A stretch of 64,000 nt of DNA from NCBI GenBank assembly GCA_002730095.1, contig PBZE01000037.1:1695-65694 (forward strand), read 5' to 3'. A program made the position numbers and the translations under genes. Below the pieces are notes generated by a model. That model saw only the letters and a list, made by a program, of their open reading frames with translations, was not told the origin of the DNA and searched no databases. This DNA comes from Methanobacteriota archaeon (lineage in GTDB: Archaea; Thermoplasmatota; Poseidoniia; Poseidoniales; Thalassarchaeaceae). Each line of letters starts with the position of its first letter. Within the stretch, counting starts at the first letter, position 1. Positions 35,972-45,594 of the stretch are shown piece after piece.

Positions 35972-38049
35972 GAAGAGTTGTACTTTGGTCGCCTTCCTTC
36001 GATTAAAGCACTCAAACCCTCTTCTGCATCTGCAGTACTGAAGATCTCTTCAAGTCTTTCCAGCTCTAGTTCAAGACCCCTGTCTAGACTAGATCCAGTC
36101 CCAATGTCCGAAAGAAGCTCGTTCGCTATCTTTAGAGCAATCGGGGCAGCTCTCGACAATGACTTGATCTGCCTTGAAACTAAAGGATCCTCAGAATCGA
36201 AACCCGAAGGAACTTCTCCTGCTAATAGAGATTGAACGTTTTCATTGGAGTAGAAATCCTTCGCGAAAGAGACTATGTCGCTATCTCCATTAATCGGCTC
36301 ACTAGGATATTTATTCTCAGGCTTAGTTCCAATGAGGGTACTAACAATGGACTCGACTTCAGAAGCATCCACATTATGAGTTAGAAGGCCTAAATCATGT
36401 GCAGTAGTACAATCTAGGAAGTTTCCAGCCAACACCGCATATCTTGAGCATTCTAAACCGCATATTCTAGCTGTCCGCTGAGTCCCTCCTAGTCCTGGGT
36501 ATATGCCTATTGATGTCTCTGGGAACCTGAATTGACTTCTCCTGGTTCCTATTCTGTAGTCGCAAGATAGAGCCAGTTCGAGACCTCCTCCCAATGCCAA
36601 ACCGGTCGTAAGAGCTATTGTGGTCTTCTGGCTTTTTTCAATTGCGTTCAGAACCTCATGTCCGTTTGCGGTGAATTCGTAAATATCCCCAAATGAGTCC
36701 TCTCTCAACTTGTCAACAAAGAATTTGACGTCTGCTCCAGCAACGAACGCCTTACCGGCCCCCTCAAAGATCATGGTCGATATATCGGATCTTGAATTGA
36801 TTTGTTCAACTATAACACCAAGTTGCGATACCAGTTCGACATTTAGTGCATTCATAGCCTCTGGCCTGTTCAACTTCACCCTGGCCACGTCTCCATCTAC
36901 TGTCAAGTCAACGTATGAGAATTCGAATTTCTCCATCTTGCTAGTAAACCATATTGGTATCTCCAGTCCGGCTAAATCTGAGTATTCAGAAGCCATACGA
37001 GATGCATTTCTGATCCCAATCTCATTCGCCATTTCAAATGGCCCTTTGGCCCATCTAAGACCGACTTTGGCCCCTCTGTCAACATCTTCCATCGAACAAA
37101 TCCCCTCCTCTACAATTTGAGATGAAACAGAAAACACCTGCCCGAGTAATCTTTCTGAGATTATTCTACTACTTTCTTCGTCACAATCCTCAGATCCTTC
37201 AATGTCCCACATTCTTCCTTCTTCTACCAGTTTCCTGAGGTTTCCCGCCCCCCTATATCTTGGGGTTTCTAATTGCTCAGCTAGATAGTCGGTTGAGTGT
37301 AGCGCAATAGGCGGTCCAGTAAGATTCATCAGGGCGAACGGGCCCATCCCAATACTGAACGATTTTCTGCAAACGGCGTCTATCTGTGCTGCAGTGCCGA
37401 CACCTTCTTCCAACAGTAAACATGCTTCATTTAGCCAAGGAACAAAAAATCGATTTACGACAAATCCGGGCCTATCTTTGCAGACGATAACCACCTTTCC
37501 CATCGCCTTGCAGTACTGTTCCACTTGATTGACGCTCTCCTCGGAACTTTTGGATGCGGGAATAATCTCCACAAGTCTATTTTTTGCTGGGTGGTAGAAG
37601 AAGTGAAGCCCAACAAACCTATCTGGCCTTCCTGTGACTTCAGCCAATTCGTTTACCGACAGCGAGGAAGTATTGCTGGCCAATATGGTACTCTCTCCGC
37701 ATACCTCGTTCAGAGTCTGGAATACTCCCTTCTTGATATCAAAGTCCTCGAATACTGCCTCAATAACTAGGTCTGTGCTCGGATCGACATTCTCCGTCCC
37801 AACCACTCCCAAAATCCTCGATTTAATATCCTCAACCTGCTTGGAATTGAAAATACGTCGATCCTCGGCCTCCTTTAGAAAGCTCGATACAATCCCATGG
37901 CCTCTATTCACCCACTCTTGCTCTCTATCTACCATTTGAACCTCAAAAAGCTCTTGAGCACTCTTCTGTGCTATCCCAGAGCCCATGTTTCCTGCACCAA
38001 TGACTGCCACCTTCTCAATCAGTCCCATGGCCTTCCGACGTGGGGCCAA
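35968..38049 (-). CDS. fused 3-hydroxyacyl-CoA dehydrogenase (N-terminal) / enoyl-CoA hydratase (C-terminal)
   Basis: VAVIGAGNMGSGIAQ is the NAD Rossmann motif and VVNRFFVPWLNEA a HAD block. The crotonase fold follows: VARVKLNRPEAMNAL, FVAGADVKFF, GLALGGGLELALSCDYRI. The domain order is reversed relative to bacterial FadB, as is known for archaeal fusions. Confidence 0.85.
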   Translation of the reverse strand: MAPRRKAMGLIEKVAVIGAGNMGSGIAQKSAQELFEVQMVDREQEWVNRGHGIVSSFLKEAEDRRIFNSKQVEDIKSRILGVVGTENVDPSTDLVIEAVFEDFDIKKGVFQTLNEVCGESTILASNTSSLSVNELAEVTGRPDRFVGLHFFYHPAKNRLVEIIPASKSSEESVNQVEQYCKAMGKVVIVCKDRPGFVVNRFFVPWLNEACLLLEEGVGTAAQIDAVCRKSFSIGMGPFALMNLTGPPIALHSTDYLAEQLETPRYRGAGNLRKLVEEGRMWDIEGSEDCDEESSRIISERLLGQVFSVSSQIVEEGICSMEDVDRGAKVGLRWAKGPFEMANEIGIRNASRMASEYSDLAGLEIPIWFTSKMEKFEFSYVDLTVDGDVARVKLNRPEAMNALNVELVSQLGVIVEQINSRSDISTMIFEGAGKAFVAGADVKFFVDKLREDSFGDIYEFTANGHEVLNAIEKSQKTTIALTTGLALGGGLELALSCDYRIGTRRSQFRFPETSIGIYPGLGGTQRTARICGLECSRYAVLAGNFLDCTTAHDLGLLTHNVDASEVESIVSTLIGTKPENKYPSEPINGDSDIVSFAKDFYSNENVQSLLAGEVPSGFDSEDPLVSRQIKSLSRAAPIALKIANELLSDIGTGSSLDRGLELELERLEEIFSTADAEEGLSALIEGRRPKYNSS

Positions 38050-38127
38050 TCAATGAATGCAACGGACGAACTGTGTCAAATTAATTCACCAATGAATTTA
38101 TTCATTCCGCACATCCCATACAGGGCC

Positions 38128-40779
38128 ATGGCACCACGGCGCGTCATCTCGGTAGTATTGATATTCATACTACTATCTTCTGTTTCTCAGGTGGCCATTG
38201 CTAACAGTGGAGGCAAGTTCAATTCGTCCAATGGCTGCAACTGTCATGGTGGATCCGCGGCCTCGCCAACTCCCACTCAGAACTTTCCAACAATCTACTC
38301 ACCCGGTCAGACGTACTCTCTAAACATAGGGATGAATGGAGGAGTTTCTGGGTCAAAGGGCGGATTCAATCTAGAAGTTTCTGACGGCACACTTTCAACA
38401 GGAATTGGAATCATGAACACTCAGGTAAATCAAGCCGGGAACCAAGCAACCCATCAATTCCCAGACTACAGAAGCTGGTCTCTGGAGTGGACAGCTCCTT
38501 CAGCGGGAACGGGGTCGGTTACCTTCTCGCTAGCGGTAATGGCGGCGAATGGAAATGGGAATAACGGCGGGGATGGATGGGCAACCGTTTCAGTCCAGTC
38601 TAGCGAGGACTCCGGATCTACAAATAACCCCCCGGTTGCATCAGCATTGACCTATGTCCCGGCAAATCCAACCAAGGAGACCGGATTGTCAATTTCATAC
38701 AATTACTATGATGAAGACGGTGACTTCGAACAAGGAACCTCAATTCACTGGTTTAGAGACGGCCTCAGAGTGACCCAGATAGACGACCTGACAGACGTTC
38801 CGAACAGCTTCATCTCAAAGGGTCAAAGTTGGAGGGTCGAGCTTACTCCCAACGATGGTAATGAATTTGGCGATATGATTTCTCTAGATCCAATCACGAT
38901 TGGCAACACATTGCCTATTGCCAGGACCTTGTCTATTAGTCCAGACTCTCCCATGGATGACGATGACCTAACCTTGTCTTGGGAATATTACGATCTTGAT
39001 GGGGATCCCGAGAATTCCCAGCAAACGATGATTTATTGGTTCTTAGATGGCTCAAGAGTTGTTGAACTGGATGGAGAACTAACAGTCTCTAGCTTCATGA
39101 TTAGGTCTGGAGACGAGTGGGAGGCTTCAGTTACGCCGAGCGACTCTTCGGATTATGGTGACACTGCATATAGTGGAAAGGTTGTGATCGGGTCATCTAA
39201 CACCGGACCTTCAGTTACTGCCTTCATCTCAACTACAGGTAACACGTTAACTACCGACTCCCTTCAGCTCATCTACACTCCATATGATCCAGATGGAGAC
39301 GAAATACAATCGACTGAGATAAGATGGTTCAGGGACACCGTGATGGTTGCAGCGTTCAATGATGAGACTATAGTAGACCCATCATTTACAGCCAAAGGAG
39401 AGGAGTGGGAAGCTCATGTTAGAGTATTCGATGGCCTCGTATGGTCAGATTGGTACGTAACTACCCATGTCGACATTGTCAACACCCCACCAGTGGTAAC
39501 AGACATTTCCCTATTGCCAGAAGGAAAGCTAACAACCGACTCTGACCTGTATGTGGAATGGGAGCAATTCGATGTGGATGGAGATCTGGAGTTCGGGAGC
39601 CAGATTAGATGGTGGGTCGATGGCGAATGGATTACTGAATATGATGGACTGACGACTATTTCTCACTCTGAAGTAGACAGAGACGAACATTGGTCCGTTC
39701 AAGTAATCCCGGGGGATGGAGAGGATCTTGGAACTTCAATGAAGACCAACTCTAGAGCAATTGAAAACGCGAATCCCTCAATACTCGAAATATCATTACA
39801 AGGATCTGGACCTGATAGTATTCTAGGGTCGCCCGATTCACTGAGCGACCTCCTAGCAGTCACAGTATCTGAAGATCCAGACAATGAGCCGGTCGACCTC
39901 GACTATTTATGGTTCAGAGATGGTTTCGTGATACCTGAGCTAGATGGTTTGGATCGGGTGGATCAGATAAGGCTTGAGCCAAGTCAGGAATGGGAGGTCA
40001 TTGTAACAGCTACCGATCCGTGGGGACTCTCGGCAAATCTCTCTGCATCGGTGATTATCTCAAATATTGCTCCTCAGGCTTCATGGTCAGTTACTCCATC
40101 TCCACCAATTTCTGGGTCATTAGCAACATTCGATGCTACCTCATCATTCGACCTAGATGGAGAAATCACCTCCTATAAATGGGTGATAGATGGCGTGGAG
40201 GCCTCAGGAAGTACCATTGATGTGATCATGGGCCCAGGGCCACACTCAATCCATCTGACAGTTGTGGATAATCTACAGTTAGAGGGAATATCAGTTTCCA
40301 CAATAGTATACGACGATGTTCAGACTACTGCCTCTCTGACGGCCTCTTTGGAAGGGGACCAAGTTCTGTTGAGCTGGCAAGGAACTGCTGATGAATACAG
40401 GATATACAGATCTACTAGCCCGATATCCTCTGTCGTTGGGCTTACAATGTTCGATGAGCAACCCTCATGGGGAGAGGCGATTCCACAACCCCTACAGTCA
40501 TTAGACTCTACAGAATACCTAGAGTGGAGCGAAACGGCTCCAATAGCTACGACTCTCTACTATGCCGTGACATCAGTGGTTGATGGCAGAGAGGTGGTAT
40601 GGATAATTGATGGACAAAATCACGTCAATGTTGACGCATCGTCGATCGCATCGTCTGGACCAGAACCAATTGATGAGGCAAGTGACCTCACAACCATGCT
40701 TATCTCGGTGACCATGGCAGCTCTAGGAATCATATCTTTGGCGTTTGCTATTTACGACAACAGGAGGAGATTGAGATGA
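38128..40779 (+). CDS. secreted, C-terminally anchored protein: Cys-x-Cys-His-Gly / Reeler-like N-domain, five tandem ~95-aa repeats, PKD-like and FN3-like domains, TM anchor
   Basis: The track ORF starts at 37897 but overlaps the fadB-like gene. The in-frame MAPRRVISVVLIFILLSSVSQVAIANSGG at 38128 is a signal peptide. NGCNCHGG lies at 38236-38247. The PKD-like segment is LATFDATSSFDLDGEITSYKWVIDG. The C-terminus LISVTMAALGIISLAFAIYDNRRRLR is a TM helix plus an Arg cluster. Confidence 0.8.
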   Translation: MAPRRVISVVLIFILLSSVSQVAIANSGGKFNSSNGCNCHGGSAASPTPTQNFPTIYSPGQTYSLNIGMNGGVSGSKGGFNLEVSDGTLSTGIGIMNTQVNQAGNQATHQFPDYRSWSLEWTAPSAGTGSVTFSLAVMAANGNGNNGGDGWATVSVQSSEDSGSTNNPPVASALTYVPANPTKETGLSISYNYYDEDGDFEQGTSIHWFRDGLRVTQIDDLTDVPNSFISKGQSWRVELTPNDGNEFGDMISLDPITIGNTLPIARTLSISPDSPMDDDDLTLSWEYYDLDGDPENSQQTMIYWFLDGSRVVELDGELTVSSFMIRSGDEWEASVTPSDSSDYGDTAYSGKVVIGSSNTGPSVTAFISTTGNTLTTDSLQLIYTPYDPDGDEIQSTEIRWFRDTVMVAAFNDETIVDPSFTAKGEEWEAHVRVFDGLVWSDWYVTTHVDIVNTPPVVTDISLLPEGKLTTDSDLYVEWEQFDVDGDLEFGSQIRWWVDGEWITEYDGLTTISHSEVDRDEHWSVQVIPGDGEDLGTSMKTNSRAIENANPSILEISLQGSGPDSILGSPDSLSDLLAVTVSEDPDNEPVDLDYLWFRDGFVIPELDGLDRVDQIRLEPSQEWEVIVTATDPWGLSANLSASVIISNIAPQASWSVTPSPPISGSLATFDATSSFDLDGEITSYKWVIDGVEASGSTIDVIMGPGPHSIHLTVVDNLQLEGISVSTIVYDDVQTTASLTASLEGDQVLLSWQGTADEYRIYRSTSPISSVVGLTMFDEQPSWGEAIPQPLQSLDSTEYLEWSETAPIATTLYYAVTSVVDGREVVWIIDGQNHVNVDASSIASSGPEPIDEASDLTTMLISVTMAALGIISLAFAIYDNRRRLR
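38626..40074 (+). repeat. five tandem protein-level repeats (~95 aa, ~285 nt) inside the 38128-40779 gene
   Basis: Each unit reads Y(Y/D)xDGD...(I/Y)xW(F/W)(R/L/V)DG...G(D/Q/E)xW...V(T/I)P.DG....G......I.N..P. Examples: YYDEDGDFEQGTSIHWFRDG, YYDLDGDPENSQQTMIYWFLDG, PYDPDGDEIQSTEIRWFRDT, QFDVDGDLEFGSQIRWWVDG, DNEPVDLDYLWFRDG. Confidence 0.8.
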
Positions 40780-41855
40780 ACAGGATCGCCATTGTAATGC
40801 TTCTGTGCATATCCCTGGTATTGGCCCCTGGTTACTCAGTGGCGAACCCAGGAGGAAATGGAGACGCCGATAGGGATTACTCCTGCGGAGGGTCCTGTCA
40901 TGGAGATCCATCTCTAAGCATGCAGTCAGATGCTAAAATTGAGATCTCTCTTGGAAATGAGGCATTCTATGGGCAAGCCGTAGCTGTACATGTGACAGTA
41001 AGTGAAGTGTCTTCACCCACCAATATTTTCGGTATATTCATTCTCAGCTCCTTGAACGGCAACTCTGACACCCCAGAAGATTATGGTTGGCATATGATTC
41101 AGGACCCAAATGGGGGATCATCAAATTATATTGAAATGACAATGCCGTCTTCTGGAACAATTACTGCAACATGGGTAATGCTTACTCCAGAAGATCTCGG
41201 AAGTCATATTTTGTATGCAGAGATTCATCATGGTTCGTATGGCGGCGAAAAGGCATTTTCCGGCGTCAGTGAAGGCTTTGAGGTAATTGTCAACGAGGTC
41301 CCCGAAGGACTTCCGGGGATTTCCAGTGATTGGGTCGCACCATCATTCAGGGTTTCTGGTGACGACTCTCCCCTGCATATCAGTACTAGGAACTCAACAG
41401 ATATCTCTGTCGAATGGATGCTTGAGGGTGAATGGGACCCTATTTCAGCCCCAGTTCAATGTATCTCTGAATCAGGAGAGGAGATATGCAACGAATGGGA
41501 GGTGAATATTCCAGCCACCATGGGTGAAATCGACATTGTCTACAGAATTACAACATTCAATGGAACCTTCTCAATCGAACAGCCTTGGCTTAAAATGGGC
41601 ACTGCAGCACCTCCTTTCGAGGGAGACATATGGTCAGCAAGAGCCCACTCATTCGCATTTGCGCTTCTAGTCATCTCAATCTTAGTTACCTTGCAAGGAA
41701 GACTTTCACCAGTCATTCAGAGGGAAGAAATCGACCAAACAAAAATAGTCGATAAGTCGTCCCTGATCAGGTCTGATGACAATCCTGGATGGCTCTGGAA
41801 TCCAGTAGCAGAGGAATGGGTAGAAGACCCGGAGTATCGAGAGGAGGTCGAGTAA
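40776..41855 (+). CDS. secreted, anchored paralog with an N-terminal Cys-x3-Cys-His-Gly / Reeler-like domain
   Basis: Signal peptide MNRIAIVMLLCISLVLAPGYSVANPGG. SCGGSCHGD lies at 40884-40901. A TM helix (FAFALLVISILVTL) is followed by an acidic tail. The start overlaps the upstream stop (ATGA). Confidence 0.8.
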   Translation: MNRIAIVMLLCISLVLAPGYSVANPGGNGDADRDYSCGGSCHGDPSLSMQSDAKIEISLGNEAFYGQAVAVHVTVSEVSSPTNIFGIFILSSLNGNSDTPEDYGWHMIQDPNGGSSNYIEMTMPSSGTITATWVMLTPEDLGSHILYAEIHHGSYGGEKAFSGVSEGFEVIVNEVPEGLPGISSDWVAPSFRVSGDDSPLHISTRNSTDISVEWMLEGEWDPISAPVQCISESGEEICNEWEVNIPATMGEIDIVYRITTFNGTFSIEQPWLKMGTAAPPFEGDIWSARAHSFAFALLVISILVTLQGRLSPVIQREEIDQTKIVDKSSLIRSDDNPGWLWNPVAEEWVEDPEYREEVE

Positions 41856-42445
41856 TGGTAGGCTCTGCAACACTGCACACTGCAATGGCTGAGATAGTCG
41901 TAGGCTCTATGGTACTCGCTACCATCTGTGCTATTGGGTGCTTGGCCTCTAGGATTCTTACTCCTTCAGAAATCAATAGCGAGTCTCTTTTCATTACCAT
42001 GGACCGAGCCTCTCTAGCTGGGTCTTCTCTGGCTCTTTTATTCCTCCCTGTCGCTATAATGACTGGAAATCTTGCCGCCGAAGGACACGCCGAAAGCGCC
42101 CTCCTGTACAACAAGTTCGTCTATAGTGGCCTGGCCCTTGGCTTCTGGTCAGCCTTCGTGATTGGCAGGTATAGGATGGGGCCCGGGCTGTGGGATGTCA
42201 GGCAATTGGCAATTCTGCAGGCTGCAACCGCTGTGTCTGCTTTCCTCATGACTTCCATGGCTTCTTCTATTGGGGGAAAGCTAGTCAGGGGAGAATCGCT
42301 CTTTGATATCCTTCCATTCTGGCTACCTTCTGACTCGGCAGCCATTCTCCCATTATGGGCGTCGTCCTCACTTCTGTTGTTAGGCCTCATCTCCACATTT
42401 TTCGTCTTCAGGCTAACTCTTCCGAGAATACAGGAGATTGACTAG
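41855..42445 (+). CDS. polytopic membrane protein (about 5 TM), unknown function
   Basis: The track ORF begins at 41789 inside the upstream gene. ATG 41855 overlaps the upstream TAA (TAATG) and is preceded by GAGGAGG. There are five hydrophobic helices and only two His residues, so it is not a cytochrome b561. Confidence 0.65.
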   Translation: MVGSATLHTAMAEIVVGSMVLATICAIGCLASRILTPSEINSESLFITMDRASLAGSSLALLFLPVAIMTGNLAAEGHAESALLYNKFVYSGLALGFWSAFVIGRYRMGPGLWDVRQLAILQAATAVSAFLMTSMASSIGGKLVRGESLFDILPFWLPSDSAAILPLWASSSLLLLGLISTFFVFRLTLPRIQEID

Positions 42446-42449
42446 ATCT

Positions 42450-43682
42450 TCATAATTCGTCAAAAATCTCATACAGTCTTTCTGAGAATCTTTCTGGGTT
42501 CAAACCCTTCATTGAAATTCCAACCCTTCCGTTTTCCGACCATTGCGCTCGGTTCTCTGCGACCCCAGCTTCTTTGAGAGCATTATGCCATGCCGAGTAA
42601 TCATCCCTCGGTAGTAGCCTACCAGAATCTCCATCAGATATTGTCTCCTTGAAACCTCCTTCATCCACGAACAGTGCTGGCGTTCCAATCGTCTGTGCCT
42701 CAATCGGAGTGAGGCCAAATGGCTCAGAGTGAGCCATGCTAACCACGGCCTTGGCCCCTCTAATCAGACTGCAAAGATCAGTATAACTGAGCCTAGGAGC
42801 TATCCATATCCCAACCTTACAATCCTCTGCATGACTAGCCAGAGAATCAAGATCCCCTGACTCGCCCCCACCTACATGCGCCAAAGAATGCCCACTCCCT
42901 TGGAGCATTGATATCGTCTCCCAGGTGCCCTTCACCCAACTAGCCTTGCCAATGGTCACCACGTAGGGCTCAGTAGGCCCCTCTATCTTGATAGGCTCAT
43001 CATCAGAAGGGTTCTGCGTAAACTCACCTATCCCTAGGCTAGGCAAGAGAACGCCGGACGGGATTCCATATACCTCCCCAATTCTTGATGAAGTGAATTC
43101 AGAGTTTCCGCTTATGGCCGATCTATTCCTGGCATAAAGCTCCCTGATGAGTGAAAGATCCCTCCGTCTCGCTAGTGCTAAAGCAGCCTTTGTTACACCA
43201 AGACTCCTCCTTGGCCTACCGTCAATACCACGATGCAGAACATCCTCATGGAGCCCTCTATGGGGCTCCAAAAGGTGTAAGTGGATAGCAACGTCCTCGG
43301 GAATGATTTTCAAAATAGCCAAGCTACCATCTCCGCTTGTAATATGAGCAAAGTCAAACTCATTCAAGTCGTCCATTAGATTTCCGACCGACTTCCAACA
43401 CTCCAATGCTCTAGAATAATCAGTGTCAAGAACTCTGGAAATCACACTACTAGATTGCGACCATTTTAGACTCGGAGTCATTAATCGTATGCCATTTTCT
43501 TCGCAGACGCTAGCTAGCTCAGAAGAACTTTCCAATGTTGCAACAGAGACAGTAAATTTCTTAGATAGGGATGGAAGATTTCTGATTATGTCCCTCTCCG
43601 CTCCTCCCATGGGGGCAAAGCTACCCTTTGCGACTAGCAATCTTCTCGGAGGAGCACCAGTCCCGCCCCCATTGCGCGCCAT
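42450..43682 (-). CDS. glycosyltransferase, GT-B fold (family 4-like)
   Basis: VVSMAHSEPFGLTPIEAQTIGTPALFVDEGGFKETI is the E-x7-E region of GT4 enzymes. Confidence 0.8.
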   Translation of the reverse strand: MARNGGGTGAPPRRLLVAKGSFAPMGGAERDIIRNLPSLSKKFTVSVATLESSSELASVCEENGIRLMTPSLKWSQSSSVISRVLDTDYSRALECWKSVGNLMDDLNEFDFAHITSGDGSLAILKIIPEDVAIHLHLLEPHRGLHEDVLHRGIDGRPRRSLGVTKAALALARRRDLSLIRELYARNRSAISGNSEFTSSRIGEVYGIPSGVLLPSLGIGEFTQNPSDDEPIKIEGPTEPYVVTIGKASWVKGTWETISMLQGSGHSLAHVGGGESGDLDSLASHAEDCKVGIWIAPRLSYTDLCSLIRGAKAVVSMAHSEPFGLTPIEAQTIGTPALFVDEGGFKETISDGDSGRLLPRDDYSAWHNALKEAGVAENRAQWSENGRVGISMKGLNPERFSERLYEIFDEL

Positions 43683-43732
43683 GAGCCCCCATCACCCGTC
43701 CTCGTTTAAGTCCGATACGCCTTGGTGAGAAC

Positions 43733-44824
43733 ATGGTGAGGAGAGTTCTACTGGTCAGAGGACCTCGCCTTTCAGAGGATTCGGGCCTGGGCAGAGCACA
43801 TCATTCAATCGAGCATTCGCTGAACAGAGCTCTGGTACCCAACTGGACAAAAATCAACACTATCGAACATGAACCAATGGATACTCTTCCATCAAGAGTC
43901 ATGAAGAGATGGTTCTCTCACCCAAGATTAGTCAATCAAATATCAGAGTCTACAGAGGCCGATTTGATTCATATAACTGACCAGGAGCAAGCCCATTTGG
44001 TACCAAAGAAAAGCAAGGTTCCGGTAATCGTCACAGTCCATGACTTGTTTCACATAAGCCCAAGGGAGATAGTTGGGGGGGATGTAGTAGTTCCAGTGGG
44101 AGATAACAAACCCGGATTCTTCAGGAGGAGAGATCTGAGAAATCTGAAGAACGGACTTCGGAGGGCCGATATGCTGATTTGTATTTCTGAGGCCACTCTG
44201 GAAGATGTGAAGAGAACATTCCCAGGAAAACCAGTTGCTCTTGTGAGGCACCAGATTGACACAGAATACTGGAGTCCAATTTCAAATCCCAGGCCAAGAG
44301 AGATTCTTGGTGACCTAGATGACGAATCAAAGATGCTTGTGATAACTTTGGGGAGCAATGAAAGAAGGAAAAGACTCGATTTTGCCAAGAAGGTGATTTC
44401 TTCTTTGCCCGAGGAGGTCTCCAAAGATATCAATGTGATCCACATAGGAAGCGATGTGAAGATAACCGATGATCAACTACTCGCAGCTCTACAAAATGCG
44501 GAGGTCCTACTGTTCCCCAGTGCGAGCGAAGGATTCGGGTACCCCCCTGCCGAGGCAATGGCTGCTGGTTGTCTAGTACTCGCCTCGGACTTGCCCGCAC
44601 ACAATGAGATAATTCCAGACACCTGCCTGCTACCCCCTACCTCAATCCAAGACTGGGTAAGTGAGTTGACATCTATCCATGCCAATTGGAGGGCTGCAGG
44701 AGGGGTTCCGAGACTCCCATCAGACGAGTTGATGAATCATGTAATGAACAACCTGAGCCCTGAATCCCATGGAAAATCTTTAGCAGAAGCATATGAAACA
44801 GTTTTCTCCGACAAAATAAATTGA
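43733..44824 (+). CDS. glycosyltransferase, GT-B fold (family 4-like)
   Basis: VLLFPSASEGFGYPPAEAMAAGCLVLASDLPAHNEII is the GT4 C-terminal motif. Divergent from the previous GT gene across a 50-bp spacer. Confidence 0.8.
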   Translation: MVRRVLLVRGPRLSEDSGLGRAHHSIEHSLNRALVPNWTKINTIEHEPMDTLPSRVMKRWFSHPRLVNQISESTEADLIHITDQEQAHLVPKKSKVPVIVTVHDLFHISPREIVGGDVVVPVGDNKPGFFRRRDLRNLKNGLRRADMLICISEATLEDVKRTFPGKPVALVRHQIDTEYWSPISNPRPREILGDLDDESKMLVITLGSNERRKRLDFAKKVISSLPEEVSKDINVIHIGSDVKITDDQLLAALQNAEVLLFPSASEGFGYPPAEAMAAGCLVLASDLPAHNEIIPDTCLLPPTSIQDWVSELTSIHANWRAAGGVPRLPSDELMNHVMNNLSPESHGKSLAEAYETVFSDKIN

Positions 44825-44889
44825 AGATTGAATTACGACTGATTATAAGGTCAGGGTAAGACGTAACTACACGCTCAGGAGAGGTACAG

Positions 44890-45594
44890 GTGCTGGAAGT
44901 AAGTAATCTGACGAAGTCCTTCGGCTCGGGAAGGAACAGGCTCGAAGTGCTAAAGGGAATTGATTTGAAAATCGAATCCGGTGAGCTCGTCGCTCTAATG
45001 GGGCCGTCAGGATGTGGAAAGTCCACCCTTCTGAACATTATCGGCGGACTTCTGGAAGCTGACTCTGGCTCCATTTCACTGAATGAATTTGATTATGGGA
45101 CATATCCCCCGAACAGGGTTGTAGACGTCAGAAGAAACGGAGTGGGATGGATATTCCAAGACTTCCATCTTGTAGACAGGCTTTCCGCACTCGACAATGT
45201 GACTTTCGCTTTGGAGCTATCGGGCGTCCCAACCTCACTCGCAGAGTCGCAGGCTGAGGAGGCACTTCGCAAGGTTGGCCTGTCAGACAGAATGAACTTC
45301 ATCCCTGACCAGCTTTCGGGAGGGCAGAGGCAGAGGGTCGCCATTGCCAGAGCAATCTCTGGCTCGAGGCCCCTCATCCTTGCTGATGAGCCGACTGGCA
45401 ATCTAGATGTCAAGAGCGCTGAAGGAATTCTTGATCTTTTCAAGGAGCTATGCGAGGATTATGGCATCTCCGTCCTGATGGTTACCCATGACCCTAACCT
45501 TGCATCAATGGCAGACAGAATGCTCCTACTCAAGGACGGTGTTACTGCCGCTTCAGATATCAGATCTGCATGGGGAACGGCGGGTGATGAATGA
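44890..45594 (+). CDS. ABC transporter ATP-binding protein (MacB/LolD/FtsE-like)
   Basis: Walker [13 protein letters not shown], signature [14 protein letters not shown], Walker [15 protein letters not shown] start. The stop overlaps the next start (ATGA). Confidence 0.9.
   Translation: MLEVSNLTKSFGSGRNRLEVLKGIDLKIESGELVALMGPSGCGKSTLLNIIGGLLEADSGSISLNEFDYGTYPPNRVVDVRRNGVGWIFQDFHLVDRLSALDNVTFALELSGVPTSLAESQAEEALRKVGLSDRMNFIPDQLSGGQRQRVAIARAISGSRPLILADEPTGNLDVKSAEGILDLFKELCEDYGISVLMVTHDPNLASMADRMLLLKDGVTAASDIRSAWGTAGDE

Noticed and set aside
37897-38127. 77-aa N-terminal extension of the 960-aa track ORF
   Set aside because: It overlaps the 5' end of the convergently arranged fadB-like gene. 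It has no signal-peptide character, while the in-frame Met at 38128 begins a textbook signal peptide.
41789-41854. 22-aa N-terminal extension of the membrane protein ORF
   Set aside because: It lies inside the upstream gene. ATG 41855 has a GAGGAGG motif and a stop/start overlap, which makes it the better start.
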